Shown here in pieces: positions 42,243 through 52,037 of a DNA stretch of 64,000 nt. The position numbers were made by a program, and so were the translations under genes. Every line of letters begins with the position of its first letter. The first letter of the stretch is position 1. A model generated the notes under the pieces. The model saw only the letters and a list, made by a program, of their open reading frames with translations, did not search any database and was not told the DNA's origin. Origin of the DNA: an uncultured Trueperaceae bacterium (GTDB lineage: Bacteria > Deinococcota > Deinococci > Deinococcales > Trueperaceae); assembly GCA_963815215.1 (NCBI GenBank), contig CAWFFU010000003.1, positions 256,001 to 320,000 on the forward strand, read 5' to 3'.

Positions 42243-43354
42243 GCCGCCGTCCCCGTAGACGCGGCGGCGCTCTCGGTGTGGGGCGACAGGTAGGGCAGCA
42301 GCAGCCCCAGGATGCGCTCGGCCGCACCGGCCGGGCTGCGCCGGCGCGCGGCCTCGGACGCCGTGGCCCGCCGCGGCGGATCGAGCAGGGTCCGCCAGGC
42401 GCCGGGGAGATCGGCCATTTCGCTCTCCAGCACGGTGATGCCGGCTCCTGCGAGCTCGACGGCCCGGGCGTTGTGGCGTTGGTGGTCCTCGGCGGCGGTC
42501 GGTAGTGGCACCATCACCAGCGGCGTTCCGTGGAAGGCGGCCTCACTGAGCGTCCCGATCCCCGCCCGGGTGATGGCGAGATCGGCGGCGGAGAAGGCCT
42601 GCGCTGCGTCCAGGTAGGGGTGTACGTGGTACTCGGGTAGGTCGGTCACACTCCCGCGCAGCGTATCAGACCACCGCGGTCCGCTGGAGTGGAGCACCTG
42701 CAGGCCGGCCCGACGCACTGTGCGGTAGGCGTCGGGCACGGCACGGTTGAGCGTGACCGAGCCCTGTGACCCGCCCATCACGAGCGTGACGGTTGCGTCG
42801 GGATCGAGCCCCAGAGCGCGCCGCGCGGCCGCGCGCTCCACCCGGGTCTCCCGCACCGGGTAGGGGGCGACCGCCAGCGCGCGGGCCCGAAGGTGCTCGC
42901 CGGCCGCCTCCTGGGCCAGCACCACGATCCGGGCGCGCGCCGCGAACCAGCGGGTGACGCGGCTGGGGAAGGCGTTGCCTTCGTGCAGGGCCAGCGGCGT
43001 TCCGGTCAGCACGGCGGCGGCGCAGCCCGGGAAGGAGGCGAAGCCCCCGAATCCGACCACCAGGCGGGGCTTCACCGCGCGTACCGCGCGTACCGCGCTC
43101 AGGAAGCCGCCGACCGCGCGAACGGCCTGACGGGGGTCGGGACGCTGGCGGTCCCACTTGCCCGCCGCCACTCCCTGGAACGGGTAACCCGCCTCCGGCA
43201 CCAGCCGGGCCTCCATGCCGCCGGCCTGCCCCAGGAACGCCACCTCGAGACCGTGCGTCCGGGCGGCGCGCGCCACCGCCAGGGCGGGGTAGATGTGCCC
43301 ACCGGTGCCGCCGGTGGCGAACAGCAGGTCCACGCCGCGGGGAAGGACGGTCAC
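42239..43354 (-). CDS. murG: Lipid II GlcNAc transferase
   Basis: GGTGGHIYP, GFGGFAS, GGSQGS, RAG, HQRHNA. Confidence 0.95.
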   Translation of the reverse strand: MTVLPRGVDLLFATGGTGGHIYPALAVARAARTHGLEVAFLGQAGGMEARLVPEAGYPFQGVAAGKWDRQRPDPRQAVRAVGGFLSAVRAVRAVKPRLVVGFGGFASFPGCAAAVLTGTPLALHEGNAFPSRVTRWFAARARIVVLAQEAAGEHLRARALAVAPYPVRETRVERAAARRALGLDPDATVTLVMGGSQGSVTLNRAVPDAYRTVRRAGLQVLHSSGPRWSDTLRGSVTDLPEYHVHPYLDAAQAFSAADLAITRAGIGTLSEAAFHGTPLVMVPLPTAAEDHQRHNARAVELAGAGITVLESEMADLPGAWRTLLDPPRRATASEAARRRSPAGAAERILGLLLPYLSPHTESAAASTGTAA

Positions 43355-44403
43355 AGCACCGCCCCTTCGCTCCGCGCCTGGCGGTACGCGGTGTGGATGA
43401 AGCCCATGGCGATGGAGACCGATAACATGCTGTTGAGCCCGAAGCTGACGAACGGCAGCGGGACACCGGTGATCGGTAGCAGCCCAGCGGCCACCAACAG
43501 GTTGAGACAGGCCTGCCCGCCGATGTAGGCGCTGGCTCCCGCCGCCAGCAGGCTCCCGGGACCGCTCAGGGAAGCGGCCACCCGCAGCCCCCGGCCGACC
43601 AGGACGATGTACAGCGTGACCAGGGCGAGGATGCCCATGATGCCGAGCGATTGCCCCACCGCCACCGCCACCATGTCGGTCTCGGCCTCGGGTACCCGCA
43701 CCGGCTCGCCTGCACCGAGACCGGTGACGCCGGCGCGCGCCAGGGCCAGCCGAGCGGCGTAGGCCTGGTAGCTGGCGTTGGAAGTCTGGTGCTGCCCGCC
43801 CCACAGATCGGCGAAGCCCTGGATGCGCCGTTGCAGGTAGTGGAACTGGCTGAGGTAGGGTCCGGCCACCAGGACCGCGATGATAGCGGCCGCCGTGCTG
43901 ATGGACATCAGCCGGACGATGGTGGTGCCTGCCGCCATCATGATGGCGAAGGCCAGCGCGAAGAGGAACAGCGCGGTGCTGACGTCCGGCTCGGCCACGA
44001 TCAGCCCGGCGGCCAACCCGATCACGACCATCGGCCGCCAGATCTGCCAGTTGCCCAGGTGGTTGTAGAAGAAGGCGGTGAGGTAGGCGATCACCGTGAC
44101 CTTCATGAACTCCGACGGTTGCAGGGCGATGGGGCCCAGCAGGATCCAGCGCCGACTGTCGGAGCCGGCGGGCGAGACGCCGATCACCAGTACCGCCAAC
44201 AGCAACGCCAACATGACGACATAGGCCAGCGGGCTGAGCCGCGTGATGCGGCGCGGTGACACGCGCGCCACCAGCACCGTGAGCAACAGCCCGGCGGCGA
44301 AGCGCAGAGCGTGCTCGATGGCGCTGCCGGGCGCAGCCGCGGTGACGCCAACGATGCCGAGCGCGCCGAGCAGCAGCTGCACGGTCAGCAGGAGGCGGTC
44401 CAC
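43351..44403 (-). CDS. ftsW: SEDS peptidoglycan glycosyltransferase FtsW
   Basis: RRWI, QPSEFMK, EPD, PEAETD, PITGVPLPFVSFG. GTG at 44403 follows a GGGAG RBS. Confidence 0.9.
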   Translation of the reverse strand: MDRLLLTVQLLLGALGIVGVTAAAPGSAIEHALRFAAGLLLTVLVARVSPRRITRLSPLAYVVMLALLLAVLVIGVSPAGSDSRRWILLGPIALQPSEFMKVTVIAYLTAFFYNHLGNWQIWRPMVVIGLAAGLIVAEPDVSTALFLFALAFAIMMAAGTTIVRLMSISTAAAIIAVLVAGPYLSQFHYLQRRIQGFADLWGGQHQTSNASYQAYAARLALARAGVTGLGAGEPVRVPEAETDMVAVAVGQSLGIMGILALVTLYIVLVGRGLRVAASLSGPGSLLAAGASAYIGGQACLNLLVAAGLLPITGVPLPFVSFGLNSMLSVSIAMGFIHTAYRQARSEGAVL

Positions 44404-45735
44404 GAGGGCTCCCTCCCGGTCGCGGCGACCACGTCCCGGAAGACGCGTGCCCGGTCCGTGTAGTCCCGGAACTGGTCGAAGGAGGCAGCCAGCGGAGCCA
44501 GCAGGACCTGACCGCTGCCACCATGGCGCTCGTGCAGGTACGCCAGGGCGCGATCGACCGCGCAGCGCAGCGCCGCGGGCCCATCGGACTCGGTGCAGAC
44601 GGTGGTATCGGTGTCCGACGCGAAGGCGCGCGCGAAGTCCGGGCCCGCCTCGCCGATGGCTACCAGCAACGAGACCCGCTCGCGCACGAGTGTGCGCAGC
44701 GCCTCCAGCGAAGCGCCCTTGGCGCGTCCCCCGGCGATCCACACCAGCGGCGCCGGCGTGGCGCGCAGCGCGGCGGCGACGGCCAGCGGACGGGTCGCGA
44801 TGGAATCCTCGATGAAGTGCACCCCGCCCACCGAGCCTGCCGGAGCGTAGCGTCCCGGCAGTCCAGCGAAGGCGCGCAGGCCTCGTGCGATGGCGTCGGG
44901 CTCGAGCCCGAGCGCGCGACAGGCGAGCGCCACGGCCAGCGCGTTGGCGATCTGGTGCTCGCCGCGCACCTGCAGCGCCTCGGCGTTCAGCAGGGGACGG
45001 CCCTCCAGCAGCAGCTGCCCGTTCTCGCGCCGGTAGCCGGCGGCGGCCTCGCCGTCCAGAGAGAAGGGGAGGCCGCGCGCCGGGGACGCGCTCTGCCCAC
45101 GCCTGCAGCAGTGGGTCGTCGGCGTTGTAGACGAAGTGGTCGGAGGCGTCCTGGTGGGCGATCATGTTGCGCTTGGCGGCGTGGTAGGCCTCCACGCTTC
45201 CGTGCCGGTCGATGTGGTCCTCGCCCAGGTTGAGGGCGACGGCGACGTGAGGCTTCAGCGTGGGGCAGCGCTCGAGCTGGAACGACGACAGCTCCACCAC
45301 CAGGGTGGCGCCGGGCCGGGCGACCGCGGCCAGGGCCGGGTCGATATTGCCGCCCGCGACGGCGTCGATGCCCGACAGGACGAGCGTGTCGGTGATCCAA
45401 CGGGTGACCGTACCCTTGCCGGCGGTGCCGGTGACGCCCACGACGGTGGCGGGCACGGTGCGGACCACCCACTCCACCTCGCCGATGACCTCCACCCCGC
45501 GCTCGCGCAGGCGGACCAGGTCGGGATGATCGATGGGGACACCCGGCGCCGCGATGCACAGCTCGGCGGTGCTGGCATCGATCGACGTCAGCCGCGGCCA
45601 GCCCTCGGCGCGCGCCGCCGCGATGTCTTCGCCACTGTCCCGGACCTCGTAGATCTCCACTCGGTGGCCCTGCCGGGCGACCAGCCGGGCGGCCGCCAGG
45701 CCGCTGCGCCCGAGGCCGTAGACGAGCACCGTCAC
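44385..45735 (-). CDS. murD: UDP-N-acetylmuramoyl-L-alanine--D-glutamate ligase, with a frameshift near 45085 in this sequence
   Basis: The N-half (GLGRSG, GTAGKGT, ELSSFQL, DHIDRH) and the C-half (GEHQIANA, EDSIAT, IAGG, PLAASFDQF) are in different frames. Confidence 0.9.
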
Positions 45736-46643
45736 GCCCACGCTCCCACCAGGACCGCTGTGAGCGCGGTGGTGGCGGCGGTCACCAGCCAGAAGCGCAT
45801 CACCACGCGCGTCTCACTCCAGCCGGAGAGCTCGAAGTGGTGGTGCAGCGGGCTCATGCGGAGCAGCCGCTTGCCGCCGGTGGCCCGGAAGAAGGCCACC
45901 TGCGCGATCACCGACAGGACCTCCAGCACGGGCACGAGCGCGAGCAGCGGCAGGTACCAGACCCAGCCGTGCTGGATCGCCAGGCCGGCGACGGCGGCGC
46001 CAAGCGCCTCGGAGCCGACGCCGCCCATGAACACTCGGGCGGGGTGACCGTTGTACCAGAGGAAGCCGAGCAGCGCTCCCAGCAGCGCGGCGGCCAGCGG
46101 CGAGCCCACGAACAGGAGCAGCATGATGCTCGCGACGCCGGCGGCGAGCCCGTCGAGGCCGTCGGTGAAGTTGAGGGCGTTGACGCTGCCCACTACCACG
46201 AAGGCCAGCGCGAAGACGTCGAGGATGGGGATCCCGAACATGACGGCGCCGGTACGCACGGCGTAGAGCGCGAAGGCGACGGCCACCAGTGCCTGTCCCA
46301 GCAGCCGGTAGCGGGCGAGCAGCCCGGTGCTGGGCTCGAGCCCACTGGCCTCGTCGGCCTTGCGCCGCAGCGACAGCACGTCGTCGTAGAGCCCCAGCGC
46401 GCCGCTCAGCGCGATCAGCGCCGCCAGGGGCAGGTCGCCGACCGGGTCGGGGCTGCTGAGCAGCCCGACGCTCAGCGCGGCGAGCAGGATCGCCAGGCCG
46501 CCCATGGTCGGGGTGCCGGCCTTGACGAGATGCGAGCCCGGGCCGTCGCTGCGCACGGCCTTGCCCCAGCCGTAGCGCTTGGCGAGCTGGATGAAGATGC
46601 CGGTGAGCACCAGCCCGACCGCGGCGGCGAGAAGCATCGTCAC
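45732..46643 (-). CDS. mraY: Phospho-N-acetylmuramoyl-pentapeptide transferase
   Basis: KAGTPTMGG, NFTDGLDGL, VFMG, MSPLHHHFE. Confidence 0.95.
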   Translation of the reverse strand: MTMLLAAAVGLVLTGIFIQLAKRYGWGKAVRSDGPGSHLVKAGTPTMGGLAILLAALSVGLLSSPDPVGDLPLAALIALSGALGLYDDVLSLRRKADEASGLEPSTGLLARYRLLGQALVAVAFALYAVRTGAVMFGIPILDVFALAFVVVGSVNALNFTDGLDGLAAGVASIMLLLFVGSPLAAALLGALLGFLWYNGHPARVFMGGVGSEALGAAVAGLAIQHGWVWYLPLLALVPVLEVLSVIAQVAFFRATGGKRLLRMSPLHHHFELSGWSETRVVMRFWLVTAATTALTAVLVGAWA

Positions 46644-48016
46644 GAGGAACCGCCCTTGCCGGCACCGGCCTCGAGGCGCGCCTCGTAGCGCGCGAGCAGA
46701 CGCTCGAGCTGGACGCCGCGCGAGGCCTTGAACAGCACCGTGCCGTGTGACGGCAGCTCGGCCAGCAAACGCTCGGCGGCCGCCTCGTCGTCGGCGTAGC
46801 GGGCTCCGGGGTTGGCGGCCGCGATGGCCGCCGCCTCGGGGCCGACGGCCACTACCACGTCCAGGTCGCGCGTGGCGGCGCCCAGCGCGTGATGGTGGGC
46901 GGCGCTGGCCTCGCCCAGCTCGAGCATGGCGCCCAGCACCGCCGCCCTCGGTGGCTGCGAGCTGCGCAGCACCTCCAGCGCCAGGCTGGCCGACGCGGGG
47001 TTGCTGTTGTAGGTGTCGTCGATGATGGTGAGGCGACCGTGGACGCGGCGCTGTAGCCGGCCCGGTTCGAGGCGTGCGCCCGCGAGGCGCAGCGCGGCCG
47101 CTTCGATCTCGAACCCCAGCCGCTCCGCCATGGCCAGTGCGGCGAGCGCGTTGTCGGCCAGCGCCTTGCCGGGCCAGGGCAGCTGGATCTGCAGCCCCCG
47201 GTAGACGAGCTCCTGCCCCTCGGCGCTCGCCGACAGGCGCCGCGCGGGCACCAGATTGGGCGCGGTGGGACTCGGCTCGTCGGCGTCGAGCACGGCGTAG
47301 GGGTGGACAGCGTCACGCAAGGCGGGGGGAAGCTCGCGGTAGGCCTGCAGGCTCGCCAGTCGGTGGCCGGGCGCCGCCATCAGCAAGGCGCCCTTCTCGA
47401 GGGCAACGGCGTCGACGGTGCCGAGACCGGAGAGGTGGCTGGCGCCGATGGCCGTCACGATGGCGTGGTCCGGCCGGGTCAGGTCGAGCAGCCGGGCCAT
47501 CTCGCCCAGCTGGTCGATGCCGAGCTCGAGCACCAGAGGCTCGCCGGGCCCCTGCAGGCCCTGCGCCAGCGCGGCGTCGACGAGGGTCGCCGCCAGCGCC
47601 CAGGGGGTGTTGAGGTTGCCCTCGCTGCAGCGCCCCAGCAGGGCCGCGCACAGCATCGTCTTGGTGGTGGTCTTGCCGGCGGAGCCGGTGATCCCGACCA
47701 CCGGGCCGCGCAGGGCGGCCCGGGCGCGGCGGCCGAGGTCGAGCAGGCACTCGCCCGGGCTGTCGACGACCACGCCGCGCTCGTGCGGCAGGTCGGAGAC
47801 GATGAAGGCGGCGCCGCGGGCCAGGGCCTCGTCGGCGTGACTGATGCCGTGACCGTGCTGGCCGGGCAGCGCGAAGAAGACATCCCCGGGCCGCACGCGG
47901 CCGGAGTGGAAGGCCACGCCGCTGCCCTGGGGAAGCGGCGCTGCCGGCTCGGACACGGGGCCCAGCTCGCGCAGGAGGGTCACGTCGACGGCGTTCACGG
48001 GCGGGCGATCCTCCAT
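46640..48016 (-). CDS. murF: UDP-MurNAc-tripeptide--D-Ala-D-Ala ligase
   Basis: GITGSAGKTTTK, GNLN, DDTYNSNP, GAMLELG, KASRG. Alternative start GTG at 47998. Confidence 0.92.
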   Translation of the reverse strand: MEDRPPVNAVDVTLLRELGPVSEPAAPLPQGSGVAFHSGRVRPGDVFFALPGQHGHGISHADEALARGAAFIVSDLPHERGVVVDSPGECLLDLGRRARAALRGPVVGITGSAGKTTTKTMLCAALLGRCSEGNLNTPWALAATLVDAALAQGLQGPGEPLVLELGIDQLGEMARLLDLTRPDHAIVTAIGASHLSGLGTVDAVALEKGALLMAAPGHRLASLQAYRELPPALRDAVHPYAVLDADEPSPTAPNLVPARRLSASAEGQELVYRGLQIQLPWPGKALADNALAALAMAERLGFEIEAAALRLAGARLEPGRLQRRVHGRLTIIDDTYNSNPASASLALEVLRSSQPPRAAVLGAMLELGEASAAHHHALGAATRDLDVVVAVGPEAAAIAAANPGARYADDEAAAERLLAELPSHGTVLFKASRGVQLERLLARYEARLEAGAGKGGSS

Positions 48017-48068
48017 ATCATGACCACTTTACACAACGCGCTCACGACCCCCCTCTTACGGCATTGGC

Positions 48069-49466
48069 TCATGGGCGACTGTCGGCGAGAGCGACGCTAC
48101 CCGGCGCAAGCCCCCAGTGCGCCACCACCTCGCTGCCGATGGCCCGGAACAGCGGGGCGGCCACCCAGGTGCTGGTCTTGCTGCCCACCTGCGGCTTCTG
48201 CAGGGTGACGATGGTGACGACGCGGGGGTGATCGGCGGGGAAGACCCCGGCGAAGGTGATGGAGTACTCGCCCTTGGGATAGGTGCCCAGGCGGCGATCG
48301 TAGATGTCGGCGGTGCCGGTCTTGCCGGCCACGCTGACGCCCGGGACCTTGGAGTACTTCAGGTCGCTGGCGTCCACCACGTGCACCAGCATCTTGAACA
48401 CGGTGTCGGCCACGTGCGCGTCGAGGACCCGATGGGGCGCGGGGAGGGTGGCGCCCTCCACCAGCCGCGGCGGGACGTAGACGCCGCGGTCGGCCAGGAT
48501 GCTGTAGGCCGCGGCCAGCTGGACCGCGGTCGTCGACACGTTCTGACCGATGGTATTGGAGGCCTGATCCTGCGGTACCCAGTTCTGCCACGGGTTGAGG
48601 ATGCCGGTAGTGGCGTAGATGCTGGTCAGGTCGAGGGGCTGGCCGAAGCCGTAACGCGCCAGCCAGCCGTGGAGCTGCTTCGGCGTGAACCGCCAGGTGA
48701 GGTGGATCATGCCGACGTTGCTGGAGAAGCGCAGGATGTCGGGGATCGACAGCTCCGGCTTGTGCCACTCGACGTCGTGGAAGGTCTTGTTGCCCACGTG
48801 CACGCTCATCGGCGCAGCGATGGTCTCGTTCGGGTTCAGCAGGCCGTCCTGGATGAGCCCCGCCACCACGAACGGCTTCATCACCGAGCCCGGCTCGTAC
48901 TCCTGGGCGAAGGGGCGGTCCATCATGTCGTTGCTGCTCGCCTGGCGCCAGTGGTTGGGGTCGAAGCTGGGGTAACTCGCCGCCGCCAGGATGCGACCGG
49001 TGCCGACCTCCAGGATGACCGCCATGCCGTCGGCCGCCTGATTCTTCTCGGCCACGCGCTTCAGGTTCGTCTCTGCCGCCGCCTGGAGGGTCGGGTCGAT
49101 GGTGAGGCGCACGTCCCGACCCGCCTGGAGCTTGCGGTCGAGGCTGTACTCGAGGCCTTCGAGCCCGTAGCGCCCGTCGGGCTGGATGGCGCCGGTGAAG
49201 CCCAGCAGGTTGGCGGCCAGCGTGCCCTGCGGATAGCGTCGATCGTTCGCCGGACCGTAGGCCAGCACGGTGCCGTCCGATGCCAGGATCCTGCCGCGCA
49301 CCGGCGTGTCGGCCGGTGGTGCCGGGAAGCTGGGGGCGCCGCGTTGCTGGCTGGCGAAGCCGAACAGTGCGGCCAACAGCGGAAGGACCAGCATCACGGA
49401 CATCAGGCCGCGGCGCGTGAAGCGCAGCTCCGTCGGGTCGCCCTTCTTCCTCGGGTTCAGTGCCAT
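48069..49466 (-). CDS. Class B penicillin-binding protein (FtsI-like)
   Basis: RGRI, YPQG, GLEGLE; SxxK (SVMK), SSN and KTG motifs. Confidence 0.92.
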   Translation of the reverse strand: MALNPRKKGDPTELRFTRRGLMSVMLVLPLLAALFGFASQQRGAPSFPAPPADTPVRGRILASDGTVLAYGPANDRRYPQGTLAANLLGFTGAIQPDGRYGLEGLEYSLDRKLQAGRDVRLTIDPTLQAAAETNLKRVAEKNQAADGMAVILEVGTGRILAAASYPSFDPNHWRQASSNDMMDRPFAQEYEPGSVMKPFVVAGLIQDGLLNPNETIAAPMSVHVGNKTFHDVEWHKPELSIPDILRFSSNVGMIHLTWRFTPKQLHGWLARYGFGQPLDLTSIYATTGILNPWQNWVPQDQASNTIGQNVSTTAVQLAAAYSILADRGVYVPPRLVEGATLPAPHRVLDAHVADTVFKMLVHVVDASDLKYSKVPGVSVAGKTGTADIYDRRLGTYPKGEYSITFAGVFPADHPRVVTIVTLQKPQVGSKTSTWVAAPLFRAIGSEVVAHWGLAPGSVALADSRP

Positions 49467-49777
49467 ACCGTGCGGATCTCCAGACCACTGGCGGGCAGCG
49501 TCGGCTGAGGGGCGGCGCCGGGCGCCACCGCACCGACGTTGGAGGCCTCCGGCGCAGGCACCATGCCGTGCGCGTCGGCCCACTGGGTGACCGCCAGCGG
49601 CCCGTCCACGCGGGCGGCCCTGAGCTGAAGGTTGGCGACGGAGTCGAGGAGCTTCTGGCGCTGGTCGATCAGCGTCATCTGATGGTGATAGAGCCCCTGG
49701 TTCACGAGCCCGACCGCGCTCAACAGCAGCAGCAAGCCGAAGTAGAGGGGCACGGCACGACGGGCGACGCGACTCAC
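49457..49777 (-). CDS. FtsL-like bitopic coiled-coil protein
   Basis: TM helix plus leucine-heptad segment, located between rsmH and the PBP gene. Confidence 0.65.
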   Translation of the reverse strand: MSRVARRAVPLYFGLLLLLSAVGLVNQGLYHHQMTLIDQRQKLLDSVANLQLRAARVDGPLAVTQWADAHGMVPAPEASNVGAVAPGAAPQPTLPASGLEIRTVWH

Positions 49778-50682
49778 GACGCACTCCTCTCGCCTGCGCG
49801 GAGCTTGGCAGCACGGGCGCGCGGGTTGGCCTGCACCTCGTCCTCGCTCGCGGTCAGCGGCTTCTTCGTGACGGCGATCATGCGAGGTGAGTCGTTCAGG
49901 AAGCGTTTCACGATGCGGTCCTCCAGCGAGTGGTAGCTGATGGCCACCAGCCGGCCGCCGGGTTCGAGCAGCCGGGCGGCGGCCTCGAGGCCCTCCTGGA
50001 GGGCGCCGAGCTCATCGTTGACGTGGATGCGAAGGGCCTGGAAGGTGCGCCGGGCGGGGTGGGTGCGGCGGGGCCCGCCGGGGTAGGCCGACGCCACGAC
50101 CTCGGCCAGGCGGCCGGTGGTCCGGATCGGGGCGCGCTCCCGCGCCTCCACGACGCGGCGGGCGATCCGCCGACTGTGGCGCTCCTCGCCGTAGCGCCAC
50201 AGCAGCGCGGCGATCTCCTCCATGGGAGCTTCGTTCACGATGTCGGCGGCGCTCGGGCCGGTGGCGGCCATGCGCATGTCGAGCGGTCCGTCGGCCCGGA
50301 AGGCGAAGCCGCGCTCGCCTTCGTCGAGCTGCATCGACGAGACCCCCAGGTCGAGGAGGATGCCGGCCACGGTGGAGAGCTCGAACGACCGTGCCAGGCG
50401 CTCCATGTCGCGGAAGTTGCCGGCCGCGAACAGGAAGGTTCCCGACGCTCCGTGGGGCGCCGCGGCAGCGCCGGCGCTGCCGGCGAGCGCACCTACGTGG
50501 TCGGCGGCCCGAGGGTCCTGGTCGATACCGAGGACGTTGGCGCCCGCTTCCAGCAGGGCGCGGGTGTGGCCGCCGGCGCCGAAGGTGGCGTCGACCATCC
50601 AGACGCCGGCTTGGGGCCGGAGGTACGCGAGGGCTTCGCTCACCATGACGGGACGGTGTGCCTGGTCCGCCGGGGCGCTCAT
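49774..50682 (-). CDS. rsmH: 16S rRNA m4C1402 methyltransferase
   Basis: HRPVM, DATFGAGGH, DLGVSSMQLD, FQALRI, SYHSLEDRIVK. Confidence 0.96.
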   Translation of the reverse strand: MSAPADQAHRPVMVSEALAYLRPQAGVWMVDATFGAGGHTRALLEAGANVLGIDQDPRAADHVGALAGSAGAAAAPHGASGTFLFAAGNFRDMERLARSFELSTVAGILLDLGVSSMQLDEGERGFAFRADGPLDMRMAATGPSAADIVNEAPMEEIAALLWRYGEERHSRRIARRVVEARERAPIRTTGRLAEVVASAYPGGPRRTHPARRTFQALRIHVNDELGALQEGLEAAARLLEPGGRLVAISYHSLEDRIVKRFLNDSPRMIAVTKKPLTASEDEVQANPRARAAKLRAGERSAS

Positions 50683-51107
50683 CCCACCAGCTCCCGCAGC
50701 AGATCGGGCGCGGGCGGCTGCGCCTGCACCGCGGTGAGGTTGCTCAGCCAGCGGTCCTCGTTCCAGATCTCCAGCCGGTTGGGCGCGCCGGCGACCACCA
50801 CGTTGCTCTCCACCTCGGCGAACGACCGCAGCGTGGAGGGGAGGGTGATGCGGCCGGCCGAGTCGAGTTTGGCTTTGGCAGCACCAGAGTAGAAGAAGCG
50901 CACGAAGTTGCGCGCTTCCGGGTCGGTCAGGGGGAGTTCAGTGAGGCGGGTCTCGATGCGTTGCCAGGCGGCCAGCGGGAAGATGTACAGGCACCCCTCC
51001 ATGCCGCGGGTGACGACCATGCCGTCCTCCACGAAATCGCGGAAGGCGGGCGGCACGATCACCCGTCCCTTGTCGTCGACCGCGTACTGGAATTCCCCGA
51101 ACGGCAT
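50679..51107 (-). CDS. mraZ: Transcriptional regulator MraZ
   Basis: Duplicated AbrB motifs DDKGRV and DSAGRI; first gene of the dcw cluster. Confidence 0.95.
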   Translation of the reverse strand: MPFGEFQYAVDDKGRVIVPPAFRDFVEDGMVVTRGMEGCLYIFPLAAWQRIETRLTELPLTDPEARNFVRFFYSGAAKAKLDSAGRITLPSTLRSFAEVESNVVVAGAPNRLEIWNEDRWLSNLTAVQAQPPAPDLLRELVG

Positions 51108-51170
51108 GCCCTGGTCTCTCCTCGCCTTACGTGGATGGGGTGCATCCACCGCCTCGATCAGCGTTGGACG

Positions 51171-51200
51171 ATTCTACCACACTTTCCCACGTTCTCCCAC
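51171..51200 (-). promoter_or_regulatory. MraZ-binding repeats overlapping the dcw -10
   Basis: Minus strand GTGGGagaac GTGGGaaagt GTGGTAGAAT: three GTGG boxes at a 10-nt period, the last running into TAGAAT. Confidence 0.75.
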
Positions 51201-51391
51201 CATATTTCCCTGTTTCACCAAGATCGTGAAGACGCGTCCCACGCGGCCCCCACTCGGGCGTTGCGCCGGTCGGGCCCGCCCCCTGAACTCCCACCTCGCT
51301 GCGGTTCGGCGGGAGCGGGTCGGGGCGCGGTCGTAGCGTGGGGCGTGCGGGGGGAGGAGCGGGGCGGGATCGACACCGCAGGGAACGACGC

Positions 51392-51424
51392 AAGAAGTAA
51401 GGGGCGACCCCGAAAGGTCGCCCC
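51392..51424 (-). terminator. Intrinsic terminator of rnpB
   Basis: Minus strand GGGGCGACC-TTTCGG-GGTCGCCCC followed by TTACTTCTT. Confidence 0.75.
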
Positions 51425-51427
51425 GTG

Positions 51428-51839
<412 letters not shown>

Positions 51840-51917
51840 AAGGAGAATCTTAGCACGCCCGGGCCCGTCGGCGGGTGCGGAGCGCGCCCGTATACTCGCG
51901 ACGAGGAGGGCTACGTC

Positions 51918-52037
51918 ATGACGCAGAGCTCGATGAGCGCGCGGGCCTTGTCCGTCGACCGGCGCCCGGCCGAACGCGGCGCGCTGCCCCGCGCGGGCGA
52001 GGGCCGGGGCCGTACCGACGACGGAGCCGGCGGGTGA
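51918..52037 (+). CDS. 39-aa upstream ORF coupled to mscS
   Basis: TATACT -10 (51891-51896), GAGGAGG RBS, ATG at 51918; its TGA overlaps the mscS GTG (GTGA). Confidence 0.4.
   Translation: MTQSSMSARALSVDRRPAERGALPRAGEGRGRTDDGAGG

Noticed and set aside
43351..45741. Genuine MurD-FtsW fusion protein
   Set aside because: The joining segment is Arg/Gly-rich off-frame sequence, the true MurD C-half lies in another frame, and ftsW has its own RBS and start.
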